A stretch of 25,811 nucleotides of DNA from Chthoniobacteraceae bacterium (GTDB lineage Bacteria > Verrucomicrobiota > Verrucomicrobiia > Chthoniobacterales > Chthoniobacteraceae). Location: contig JBEBGD010000080.1 in the NCBI GenBank assembly GCA_040081625.1, forward strand, positions 1 through 25,811, given 5' to 3'. This document shows, piece after piece, positions 10,901 through 16,517 of this stretch. A program made the position numbers and the translations under genes. A model generated the notes under the pieces. That model saw nothing but the letters and a program-made list of their open reading frames with translations, was not told where the DNA came from and searched no databases. Each line of letters begins with the position of its first letter. Position 1 is the stretch's first letter.

Positions 10901-12387
10901 TTCGAGAGCGCGACCGCGCTTTGGCGGAGGCCGGCGAGCAGTGACTGCAGAGCGCCCTCGCTCGCGAGATTCACGTCGCGGACGATTGCGTTCAGGCGGG
11001 TGAAGGCGTCCTGCGCGAACGCGCCCAACGCCGCCGTCGCGTCCACGACTTCGAGCATCAGTTTGCCGCTGCCGAAGACCGGTCGGAGGAACAACCCGCC
11101 GCCGAGATGCAGGCCGGAAAAGGTGTCGAACGCATCCGCGCTCGAACCGTAAGTAATGATGTCGAAAGTCTGCCCGGCGGTCGGGGTGAAACCGTTGATG
11201 AATTGCACGTCGAGCAGTCCGCCGAACGTCGCCTTGCCCGAAACATTTATCTGATCGAAGCCGTCATCGACAGTCGGGGTGCCGGGACCGGGCGTGATTC
11301 CGCCGATCTCGATCAGCGTCGTGCCCGAGTGCGCGAAGACCAGGTCGCCCGTGACGGTCTGGATGCCCGGCGAGTTTCCGGGGCTCACGAGCCCGAGATT
11401 GATGACGCTGCCGATGACCGTCCCGGAGCCGGAGAGTCGGCTGCCGAACTCAATGGTCAGCACCCCATTTGGGATCAACGGCTGATCCGCAAAGAGCTGG
11501 AAATTGATCCCCGCTGCAGGCGCCGATTCCGTCCCATTTTCCGCCGCATCCAGCGCCAAAGGCCGGCTTCCCAAAAATACAAAAGCCTCCGCCGAATCCC
11601 CGCCGGTGGCTGGATTCGTCTGCGAAGGCTCATCAACAGAAGCGGAAGCGCCCGAGGCGGGCGGAGCGTTCGCTGCCTTAAGCGTCTCGGTAAGTTCTTT
11701 TGTCAGCGGGTTCGCAACATCCGCGCCGAGCGATTCGGGCGCGATTTGCGAGTCCGTCTCGGCGCTCGCAGCAGCCGCGGTCGGGAGCGGTTGCACCGTC
11801 GCGACTGTCGCCTCCAGGACACTCGTCGCACTCTTCGGCGAGGCCTCCGTGGCTGGCGATTCCGCGGCCGTCGCGGGCTGCTCGTCCGCATCGGCAAGCA
11901 GCGACTCGAGAGCTGAAATCAAGTCGCCGCGAGCATCGTCGTCGGTCGCCGAATCACCCAAACTCTCATCCGAATTCACCGCTGAATCAGCGGCCGATTC
12001 CACGGCCTCGGCACCCGGAACTGCGACCCCATTATCAACTCCGTCGCCCGCCGTTTCCGCGTCCAAAAGCTCAGGCGCATCCACGCTCGAGGGCGCCACG
12101 TCGAAGCCCGCGAAAATGTCGTCCACCTGCGCCGCCGGATCGTAGGAGACCACGTCGCTCTTCGCCCCGATCTGCGCCGCCTGCTGCGTATCCAAGACGA
12201 CCTCGTCCGTCGCATTCCCGGGGCGGGTTTCGTGCGCGTCCTGCGCTCCCGCGACGAGCAAATCCGCAGACAAAAGCACGCGCGGCTCGAGCGCTTGGAG
12301 CTCGAAAAGATTCGCGGGTGTTGGACGGTTGGGTTTCAAGCGCTGTGGATCGTCAGTCGAGTTCCGGGGTGCGCCCATGTCACCCAT
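1..12387 (-). CDS. Giant LEPR-XLL-motif repetitive surface/secreted protein (>4100 aa, 3' end outside window)
   Basis: Manual translation of the minus strand gives MGDMGAPRNSTDDPQRLKPNRPTPANLFELQALEPRVLLSADLL... The same frame reads as coherent protein at every spot checked (11100-11460, 7920-8190, 5340-5520, 1680-1860, 1-120: ...LALPAGPYLRVDAAQITVSIAGQE). The ORF track lists no terminated ORF in this frame, consistent with no internal stop. Start is uncertain: ATG 12387, ATG 12378 or TTG 12339. Confidence 0.93.
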   Translation of the reverse strand, partial: MGDMGAPRNSTDDPQRLKPNRPTPANLFELQALEPRVLLSADLLVAGAQDAHETRPGNATDEVVLDTQQAAQIGAKSDVVSYDPAAQVDDIFAGFDVAPSSVDAPELLDAETAGDGVDNGVAVPGAEAVESAADSAVNSDESLGDSATDDDARGDLISALESLLADADEQPATAAESPATEASPKSATSVLEATVATVQPLPTAAAASAETDSQIAPESLGADVANPLTKELTETLKAANAPPASGASASVDEPSQTNPATGGDSAEAFVFLGSRPLALDAAENGTESAPAAGINFQLFADQPLIPNGVLTIEFGSRLSGSGTVIGSVINLGLVSPGNSPGIQTVTGDLVFAHSGTTLIEIGGITPGPGTPTVDDGFDQINVSGKATFGGLLDVQFINGFTPTAGQTFDIITYGSSADAFDTFSGLHLGGGLFLRPVFGSGKLMLEVVDATAALGAFAQDAFTRLNAIVRDVNLASEGALQSLLAGLRQSAVALSNGTTLTHTFTTATGDVTVSLGVDGSGAFEKLLIGATDINVLAGVGASTPAPGDDKGVSLSGGKLGFVLYSGQTYALDVSGTAAILGVTGLNFTGTLALRSNTAAAVDESITVGAQTVTLKFVAGAPFVFGGSPTLTTPLVSISGDFAVQAGGGEVFIGASGVSAFAGNAGVGISLSGGTLGLVILSNQTYAFDASGSAALVGVADVTVAGTLSVQKNTTAGPVQRSVIAGPVTHTLDLASGVSRVAGSLEFGIAGFALGGDFTFTQGVSPALAVTAGNVRLALGTPTLAELTNGTANLAITATGVTGTASGAVTVNVPGVAFSGNFTVTIDDAPASLTVVGNPVTLTVSGLALTGSFGIERTTTSGGEQVLKISATGVGATLGSPAVVTMAGGSGALIVRSAGLAGRVSGGVTIAAGPIASSATFDLIVNTTPDAINETFAVGGALVVPAGPYVRFAGSGVVTVTVSGAPQTLSGSFAFEKTTRSSDATSVVRLAATGVTASFRNGATTLAELTGGEGFFVFEAGGVAGRFSGSLAVTLPGVSLSATASLEVSTLATAVSESIDIAGATLSLDVPAGPFFRFTASDAILIAAGQKVRGDFTFTKSGANVSVAVSGLEIEFGDGAGTFVTARAASASLTLSPTGVAASVNGASLDAELPGVDFGGTFSLALDSGAGTASVSGAGSLTVLGSTIGGTFTVQQFTTAGGQVVKVGITGGTLSFADGGTTFVSMTGGTGDVLVDAQGVAADFSANVAVNIPGGFNASASAKVQINTRAAAVTDLGLPGGPFVRVLVDNLTLNFAGSTISGDFAFDQTTRPGGAKITRVAVNDLTIASDGNGLTNGEGAFVLLPAAGAAPGGLAGFANGTVTGPGLSGSGGVRINKSGLSVEETITVGGRSLTIRFDDGETELFSFFAENLSLNIGDFIVIQGSIGFTSTPAKDTFAGEGIELYFGRGPPRLPNNDLNPLAQGVLLRDATIGLIRYNATSTYALVAMGTVELVGVSGVTFSGTALVRVNTTTSAVDELLTFGADHEVPVMFSAMEVAGATPFAQFTATNLEIAVGGQKLMGDFSFAKGANEITVTASNVTAAFGDGTKDLVKLSEGSGSLILNNAGIAARLSVRAQIDVPGVAFDGTVGLLINNTAAAVPALTLPAGPYLRVAIGEATAASLTIAGQAISGKFVVEQVRDNTGATVTRIAASEVTLNLGIYVNVTNGRGSIVVRASGVAASLAADVALSVPGATLTGTFGVSINTTGAAVSESFIIGGDTIALDLSAGPYLRVEARGVDLTVASQRVFGDFAFERVTRTTGTKVTRVVIANAGFTLTDGTTPIAALSNATGAFVLDDAATGLAGTISGDVSVNIPGVALSGALSLQLNDTTSAISESFTVNGTLVELSLPAGKFLRIAGSGVSLTVPGGVLNGDFVIEKTTNTLAQTRLHVGIQNARLALGGDLVRVEGASANFIVSAAGIAGNFAGSVIVNVPDVSFTGVFDAQVNTTGAAVNETLTGIAPALVVDAGQFVRVKATGVSVVIAGQTLTGNFTIEKSLGASGGVKVALANTSLALGDGTTTYVAVTGASGAFVVGAAGVAGSISASNVSITIPGIDPITASVTVEVNTTTLAVTGSIPVGAGSITLDLPAGPFVRVAVLDLTARIGTVSLIGDFYFERSVGADGAVAMRFAVADASITVGTDGIKNAEGAFIVKGGGATGGFAGILTGDLAVAASGVNVSGRAGFRINSFATAINDSVTIGGRTIPIVFSATEVATTSAFINFFAEDLVLNIGNFVTIEGTVNFVNNGGRSTFAGANLLVFMGQGPARLASGDFNPTATGVLVSDARVGLIRTAGGYALSATGLVQFVGISGVTIAGQATVLVNTTGTIISETLTFPGDENDPGIALSFPTVDRVTKFEVLNGELAFAGQTLKGDISFDKVTSGATNSLRIAMANGSLDLGDGALAVSDIDGALLLTPAGVAGRVSASVAVNVPNVSLSNARWTFAINSTAARVTESVTVGTTTVSFDVQAGPYMRVELSGADSINPAALVIAGQSIQGEYAFERFLTADGTPVVRGAATNVSIDIVAGATPIATVRNGEGAFVITTAGLTGRISGTVAITPPGGSFTGDFSLAVNSTALAVDESFNIGTKTVQLTLPAGPYVRVEALNARLTFQGVNIAGDFAFEQATSGAVKVVSVALTSGNVQLGDGLVAVTDIEGALLINGTALAGSLTASVALNVPSVSFSGDVSLLINTGAAPVNTTFTVGSRTVTLNVPGGPYVQFTGTNLALSVAGQTLRGDFTFEQQTIGAQKIVRVAAANVVLSLGGPPAILTATGGGNFLITPAGFAGEVNVTITLGIPNVDFSGAFKLRINNTTAPVNETFKIGAATSTLVLPAGPFVRVEGTGVSLAVMGQTLSGNFAIEQTTGLVRVGLSNVSLSLGSGLVNVTNGSGFLLLTTAGVAARFGGTVAVTVPNVAFSGAFTVEINNTFDAVNQSIAVGGGVQTLSLPAGPFLRVTGEDVSLRVVGQTLRGSFTFEQVATKVRVGVRDVSLALGDGAKTFLSVTNGAGVFVMTPAGLAGRVSGDVAVTIPNVELSASLAVAINNTNAEVNETFDVAGIPTTLTLPAGPFVRVEGNGVSAMILGQRLGGNFSFEATGTVPNRVVSIAASNVSLALGDGTTDFVTLTNGSGAFVIRQAGIAGQVSGTVAVNIPDVTFSAGLRLQINTTGAAVNQTFTVGGVSTTLTLPAGNYVQVATLPGQPAMLTVLGLAISAEFTIQKTTATVAGVVETQVSVAINNLTLQIKDGATTFVNVTNGTGALLVTRAGVAASFTVSATLGAPGVFTVTGGAVSIQINTATQPVDQTYKVGATDVPLVVPAGPFIRVVVIGANVTIGNETAVLTGDFFFDQTTRADATKVTRVAVNNVTVAVAGQSLKNGAGAFVILPTGFAGFISGDVAVATGSLEVGGSIGLRVNKTGVAVDETIELNGRTFVIQFPDGTSTFSIFVAGLSIRVGDFVEIEGESISFTSTPGGDTLVASGVSVFMGQGPVKLSADTRNPAAQGVLLSNARVGVLRLGATGAYTYAVYAEGTIEIIGFSGFTFTGSATVRFNNTSADRTVSFPKADGTNDTITITSGTISAPTASFVGDLSLAVAGQSLSGTFGFEQQLVGGVKVTKVGISDANLSIGDGTTEFLSVTNGTGGFIIKPTGIAGRFAATVAVNPALGFTFSAGLSVEVNTTMTAVNDTVPVAGAITLPAGPYLRLAGDDVTLTVAGQSLMADFAIERFTKTDGTVLLRVAATDVQLHIKADASGPDVVTLADGEGFFVVSSAGIAGRVGGTVTFNIPDVTFTGTFTLAVNSTPVAVNESIVVGGRTITLALPSGPFLRVEGTDVSVRVAGQTLGGDFAFERVLTTTGMVPVPVVRVVIANAHLSLGDGTNEFVSLTNGEGAFISTPTSFAGSIGGTIRITVPGVTFGGDFRIAVNTATTAVNETFKIGERTFALTVQGGPFMRIEGTGASIEIAGQKISGDFAIEQLIKSNGQRITRLAILNGSINLGDGLVVATNLKGAFVFSLFGVAGEITTTLQLNVAGGLLFAGRVSVRVNNTIFAVNESIAITTAPGVSETITLALPAGPYLRVDAAQITVSIAGQE

Positions 12388-12439
12388 TGCGGGGATATTC
12401 GTCAACGCCCTTTCCAAATTTTTTTGGGTGGTTTTTTTT
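12377..12439 (-). promoter_or_regulatory. Putative promoter of the giant gene: A8 and A7 tracts (UP-element-like) followed by a TTGACG -35-like box
   Basis: Minus strand reads CAAAAAAAACCACCCAAAAAAATTTGGAAAGGGCGTTGACG-17 nt-TGACAT. TTGACG is at 12405-12400 and the -10 match is weak. The stretch is AT-rich against a high-GC background. Confidence 0.4.
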
Positions 12440-12456
12440 GCCACTCCACAGCGCGC

Positions 12457-14445
12457 TCAAACGACTTCCTCGCCCGCGAACGACAACGCCTCGCCGAGCC
12501 ACGAATCCGCGCGCATCACCGCCTGCCGTTGTTTGTAAGCGAGCTGCTGAGCGCGGCGTTGCGCCTCGGCGAATGCGATCCTCGCCACCTGCTCCCAGCC
12601 CGCGAACCGCCGGCTCACCGCTCCGACCAGGACGCGCTGGATCGTCGGGCGCAAATAGCGGCGGATGAGTTCATCCTCGACGCTCACGAACGCCTGCGCG
12701 CTGCCCGGATCGCCCTGCCGCGCCGCACGGCCAAAGAGCTGCCGGTCCACGCGCCCCGACTCGTGCCGCTCGGTCGCGATCACGTGCAGCCCGCCCTTCC
12801 CCGCGATGCCACGACCGAGCAAAATGTCGGTGCCGCGCCCCGCCATGTTCGTCGCGATGGTGATCCGCCCCGGCTCTCCCGCACCGGCGATGATGGCCGA
12901 TTCCTCCGCGATGCGCACGGCATTGAGCACCGCGCACGGCAGGTTCCGCGCGGCGAGCATGCCCGCGAGCCGCTCGCTCGCCGCCACACTGCGCGTGCCG
13001 ATCAGCAGCGGCCGGCCCGTCGCGTGGACGCTCGCGATTTCATCCGCGATCGCCTCCCATTTCTCATTCTCGGTGGAAAAGATGCGGTCGCCCGACTGCC
13101 CGCGCACGCACGGACGGTTGGTCGGGATGGCCACCACCGGCAACCGGTAGATCTGCCAGAACTCCCCCGCCGCCTCGCGCGCCGTGCCCGTCATCCCCGC
13201 GAGCTTGTGGAAGCACCGGAAAAACCGCTGAAAGCTCAGCCGCGCGATCGTCTCGGACGGGTCGGATATCTCCAGCCCCTCCTTTGCCTCGATCGCCTGG
13301 TGCATCCCCTCGCGCCACGTGCGCTGCGGCATCGGCCGGCCGGTGAATTCATCCACGATCACCACCTTCCCCTTCTCGATGATGTATTGCTTGTCCCTGT
13401 GGAAAAACTCGCGCGCCACGAGCGACTGGATCGCCAGTTCGACCCGGCGGTTGTCGCCCCGCCACACCCCGGGCAACTCCGCCGCATCCCGCTCGACCTG
13501 CCGCAGCCCCGCCGCCGTCAGCTCGATCTCCTTGAACCGGAGATTCCGCGTGTAGTGCTCCCCCTCGACCAGCGCGCTGACGATCCTCTGCGCCGTCAGC
13601 CCCGCCTCCTTGAGCAGCGGATTCTCCCGCGTCGTCGAGATGATCAGCGGCGTCACCGCCTCATCGATCAGCACACTGTCCGCCTCGTCGATGATCGCCA
13701 TGTGCAGCCCGCGCATCACCAGCCCATCGATCTCCCGCGCCCCGAGCAACCGGCGGATCAACCGCCGCGTCGGCTGGTGCAGCGGCCCGAGCCGCAGCCT
13801 GTCTCGCAAAAAATCCGCCAGCAGCTCCTTGCTCGTCGTATAAGTCAGATCCGCCGCATACCCCTCCTTGCGCACCGCCGGCTCCATCGTCCCCGTCACG
13901 CAGCCCACGCTTACCCCGCAAAAATCATACAGCGGCCGAAGCCGCGCCGCATCGCGCTCCACGAGGTAATCATTAACCGTCACGATATGGCAGGGCTGCT
14001 TCGTCCACCCTGCGAGCACCGCCGTGAGCCCTGCCGTGAGCGTCTTCCCCTCGCCCGTCGCCATCTCCGCGAGACACCCGCGATGCATCGCGAGCGCGCC
14101 GATGATCTGCACAAAAAACGGTCGCATCCCCAGTTCGCGCTCACTCGCCTCGCGGATGGCCGCCAGCGCCGGCAGCAGACAAGCCTCCGCCCCGCGTCCC
14201 CCGCGTCGGAACCGCTCCCGAAACTCCATCACCCGCCCGCGCAACTTGCCCGACGAATGCTCCTTCCACTCCAGCGCCTGCCGCTCCACCTCCACCGCAT
14301 CGCGCTCGAGCTCCGCGAAGACCGCAGCCCTCCGCCGAAACCGCCCGATCGCCGCAAGCAGCAACGCGTCTGCCCCTCGGAGCAGCTTCTCTGGAGGGTG
14401 AAATCCGGTCCGGCGGTAGTCTTGCGTGGGGATGGGCGACATCAC
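12457..14445 (-). CDS. secA: Accessory (secondary) SecA-family DEAD ATPase, ~662 aa, C-terminally shortened
   Basis: SecA signature motifs: AEMATGEGKT, TVNDYL, DFLRD, IIDEADSVLIDEAVTPLIIS, IVDEFTGR, QAIEAKEG, GMTGTA, IPTNRP, IATNMAGRGTDI, ERHESGRVDRQLFGRAARQGDPG, SVEDEL. It ends about 65 aa after SVEDEL, much shorter than housekeeping SecA. Start is GTG 14445 or ATG 14442. Confidence 0.93.
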   Translation of the reverse strand: MMSPIPTQDYRRTGFHPPEKLLRGADALLLAAIGRFRRRAAVFAELERDAVEVERQALEWKEHSSGKLRGRVMEFRERFRRGGRGAEACLLPALAAIREASERELGMRPFFVQIIGALAMHRGCLAEMATGEGKTLTAGLTAVLAGWTKQPCHIVTVNDYLVERDAARLRPLYDFCGVSVGCVTGTMEPAVRKEGYAADLTYTTSKELLADFLRDRLRLGPLHQPTRRLIRRLLGAREIDGLVMRGLHMAIIDEADSVLIDEAVTPLIISTTRENPLLKEAGLTAQRIVSALVEGEHYTRNLRFKEIELTAAGLRQVERDAAELPGVWRGDNRRVELAIQSLVAREFFHRDKQYIIEKGKVVIVDEFTGRPMPQRTWREGMHQAIEAKEGLEISDPSETIARLSFQRFFRCFHKLAGMTGTAREAAGEFWQIYRLPVVAIPTNRPCVRGQSGDRIFSTENEKWEAIADEIASVHATGRPLLIGTRSVAASERLAGMLAARNLPCAVLNAVRIAEESAIIAGAGEPGRITIATNMAGRGTDILLGRGIAGKGGLHVIATERHESGRVDRQLFGRAARQGDPGSAQAFVSVEDELIRRYLRPTIQRVLVGAVSRRFAGWEQVARIAFAEAQRRAQQLAYKQRQAVMRADSWLGEALSFAGEEVV

Positions 14446-14540
14446 GCCCGCGATATCTCCACAACGCCCGCCACGCGCCAGCGAAATGTCCGGGCACGTC
14501 GCGGTTGGTGATTCTCAAAACCGCCCGCCCCGAGGATGAG

Positions 14541-15326
14541 TCACTTTGGCTGCCCGAGCAGTCGATCGAGGACAGCTTGCGTCTTCGACTCGGGTTTCTC
14601 GGGTTGGCGGAGCTTGAGCGCCGTCAGGCTTGATTTCAGCGATTCAGCGAGAGCGTCCGCATGGCCGGAGTCAGCCTTGATCGAGAACTCGATCATCGGT
14701 TCTGATTTCTCGCCGGGCAGATGCCAAATCTCGGCCGTCAGCTTTCCCGGAAAGTCGCGAATCTCGAACTCCCACTTCTCGGTCTTCACCGGGCCGAGCA
14801 GCAGTGCGGACTGCCATGCGACTCCACCCGCGTAGTGGGCGAGAAACGATTTCTGGGTCGTCGAGAATAGCTCCGCGAGCTTCCGTTCTCCGACGCGCAA
14901 CTTCGCCACATCGCCCTCCTTTTGTTTGGCGGTGATCGAGAAGGACAACGCGTCCCTGCCACCGACCACACGGTCGATCTCCAGCTTGGATTCCTCGCCG
15001 GCGCCGGCCGCCGCGAATTTTTGAAGATCGACAGAGGCCGCAGTCGGCCCCCTCAACTTCACGGTCGCGTCGTCCTTCTTCCCGGGCTTTTCGCGGAGAC
15101 GCAGAATCAATTGCACCCCGCCGAGTTCGCGCTTCGCGGTTTCCACGAAATAGATATTGCGCGTCTCGATGTCGCCGCGCTTTTGCGACGCGACCCCGAC
15201 GGCAGCCTCGAAGTCGTCCGGGTGGACGACGAACTTGAGTTCGACTTCCCCCGCCGCGAGCGGCGCGGCGAGCACGATCGACAGAAACGCGGACGCCAGC
15301 CACACCCCGGCTTTGCAGGTCTTCAT
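14541..15326 (-). CDS. Exported CYTH-like (triphosphate tunnel metalloenzyme fold) protein
   Basis: Signal peptide MKTCKAGVWLASAFLSIVLAAPLAA, then EVELKF (ExExK motif), IYFVET..L..LILRLR, ATVKLR, EIW, EFSIK and SKT. ATG 15326 lies 2 nt after the upstream stop; alternative TTG 15332 overlaps it. Confidence 0.72.
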   Translation of the reverse strand: MKTCKAGVWLASAFLSIVLAAPLAAGEVELKFVVHPDDFEAAVGVASQKRGDIETRNIYFVETAKRELGGVQLILRLREKPGKKDDATVKLRGPTAASVDLQKFAAAGAGEESKLEIDRVVGGRDALSFSITAKQKEGDVAKLRVGERKLAELFSTTQKSFLAHYAGGVAWQSALLLGPVKTEKWEFEIRDFPGKLTAEIWHLPGEKSEPMIEFSIKADSGHADALAESLKSSLTALKLRQPEKPESKTQAVLDRLLGQPK

Positions 15327-15328
15327 TT

Positions 15329-16504
15329 TCAACCCTGCGCCGAGAGGTCAGCGACGATGGCGGCGGCAATCCCGGCAGCTACGTCGCGACGCACGAGTGC
15401 CGCGTTCGGGCCGGTATTGAGGAGGACATCAACTTCCTTCACGTCGATGAACTCGATCTCCAGCAGCGTCGCGCGGCACTTGTGACTGGCCATCGAGTTG
15501 CCGAGCGAAGTATCGCGCAGGACTCCGAGCGACATTTCCTTCACCTTGCGATCGAGCGTGGCCGGCCGGTGCTTGCGCAGACCGGCGAGCGTGCCGTCGA
15601 GCACGCGCTGCGCGAAGGCTTTGTCCTCGGCGAGGTTCACGTTGCCACTCGATTCGGGCAGCACGAAAGACTCGGCGCCGTTGGCGATTTTGTTGAAACC
15701 GTTGAAGTGGATGCTCAGGAAAACGCTCGCCTTGCTGTCGCGGGCGACATTCGCCCTCTCAGCCAGCCCGAGGTTGGTGTCGCCGTCGCGCGTGAGGATG
15801 ACTTTCATCGTGAAGGGTTGCCCGTCGCCCGCGCTCGTGAGCGCTTCGCGAACTAGCCGCGCGAAGTCGAGCGTCATGGTCTTCTCCAGCACACCTGATG
15901 CGCTCGTGGCGTGGTTGGCCGCGGAGCCTCCGGTGTCATTCTTGCCACCGTGTCCAGGATCGATGACGACGACATGCTCGACGCTGGTGTGGCCGGGCTC
16001 TTCGGGCAGATCGGCGCCGACCTCGACGAGTGCTTCGCCCGATTTTTGCGCGGCCTTGAGCAGGGCACTCGCCTCCCCGAGCAGGGCGATCACCTTGTCG
16101 GCATAGCCGACATTCCCCGCGTCCGCCGGAGCGGGCGCGTAGATCGGGCCGACGAAGCGGATGTAGGCCTCGCCGGTGGCGACGTGGTTTTCAAAGCCCT
16201 CGTAAGGTGCGCGCGCCATGAAGCGCCAATAGCCGCGGCAGAAATTCTCCAGCGTGGCGAAACGGCAATACGTATCGGTCCCGTCGTGCGTCGTGGTGAA
16301 CTGCACCGGCGTGGCAAGCCCCGCCATTTCGGAGCGGAACTTCAGACCGCCGAAGTTGAAGTGCTCGCTGCAAAGCCGGCTGCTACCGCGCGCGGACTCG
16401 AGCAGCCATTGCGCGATGCTGATCGCCTTGAGCTGCGGGAATTGGATTGGCAGCCCTGCATAGACGGCCACCAGATCCTTGAAGAGTGGAGTGACTTCGC
16501 TCAT
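15329..16504 (-). CDS. Bifunctional peptidoglycan hydrolase: N-terminal GH73 glucosaminidase-like domain plus C-terminal Amidase_3 N-acetylmuramoyl-L-alanine amidase
   Basis: GH73-like AQWLLESARGSS..NFGGLK..YCRFATLE..YAP..YADKV. Amidase_3 Zn/catalytic motifs VIDPGHGG, EK, LTR..L.ER, FLSIHFNG, LLEIEF. No signal peptide. Confidence 0.9.
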   Translation of the reverse strand: MSEVTPLFKDLVAVYAGLPIQFPQLKAISIAQWLLESARGSSRLCSEHFNFGGLKFRSEMAGLATPVQFTTTHDGTDTYCRFATLENFCRGYWRFMARAPYEGFENHVATGEAYIRFVGPIYAPAPADAGNVGYADKVIALLGEASALLKAAQKSGEALVEVGADLPEEPGHTSVEHVVVIDPGHGGKNDTGGSAANHATSASGVLEKTMTLDFARLVREALTSAGDGQPFTMKVILTRDGDTNLGLAERANVARDSKASVFLSIHFNGFNKIANGAESFVLPESSGNVNLAEDKAFAQRVLDGTLAGLRKHRPATLDRKVKEMSLGVLRDTSLGNSMASHKCRATLLEIEFIDVKEVDVLLNTGPNAALVRRDVAAGIAAAIVADLSAQG

Positions 16505-16517
16505 CGCAGGGTCAGGG

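Noticed and set aside
12388..12459. The secA TGA is in frame with the giant ORF with no other stop between them, so a read-through fusion is possible
   Set aside because: Same frame occurs one time in three by chance. The spacer looks promoter-like and the LEPRVLL motif is normally near a free N-terminus.
74..12668. Many long plus-strand ORFs, including 2542..6657 (1371 aa) and 7958..9547
   Set aside because: They are antisense shadows of the giant minus-strand gene: R/A/H-rich or S/P/T-rich translations with no motifs, expected from high-GC codon bias.
12232..14511. 759-aa plus-strand ORF
   Set aside because: Antisense shadow of secA, with R/P/L-rich non-protein-like composition.
14501..14524. 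GCGGTT...AACCGC hairpin between the CYTH gene and secA
   Set aside because: Short stem with no following U-tract, so insufficient for a terminator call.
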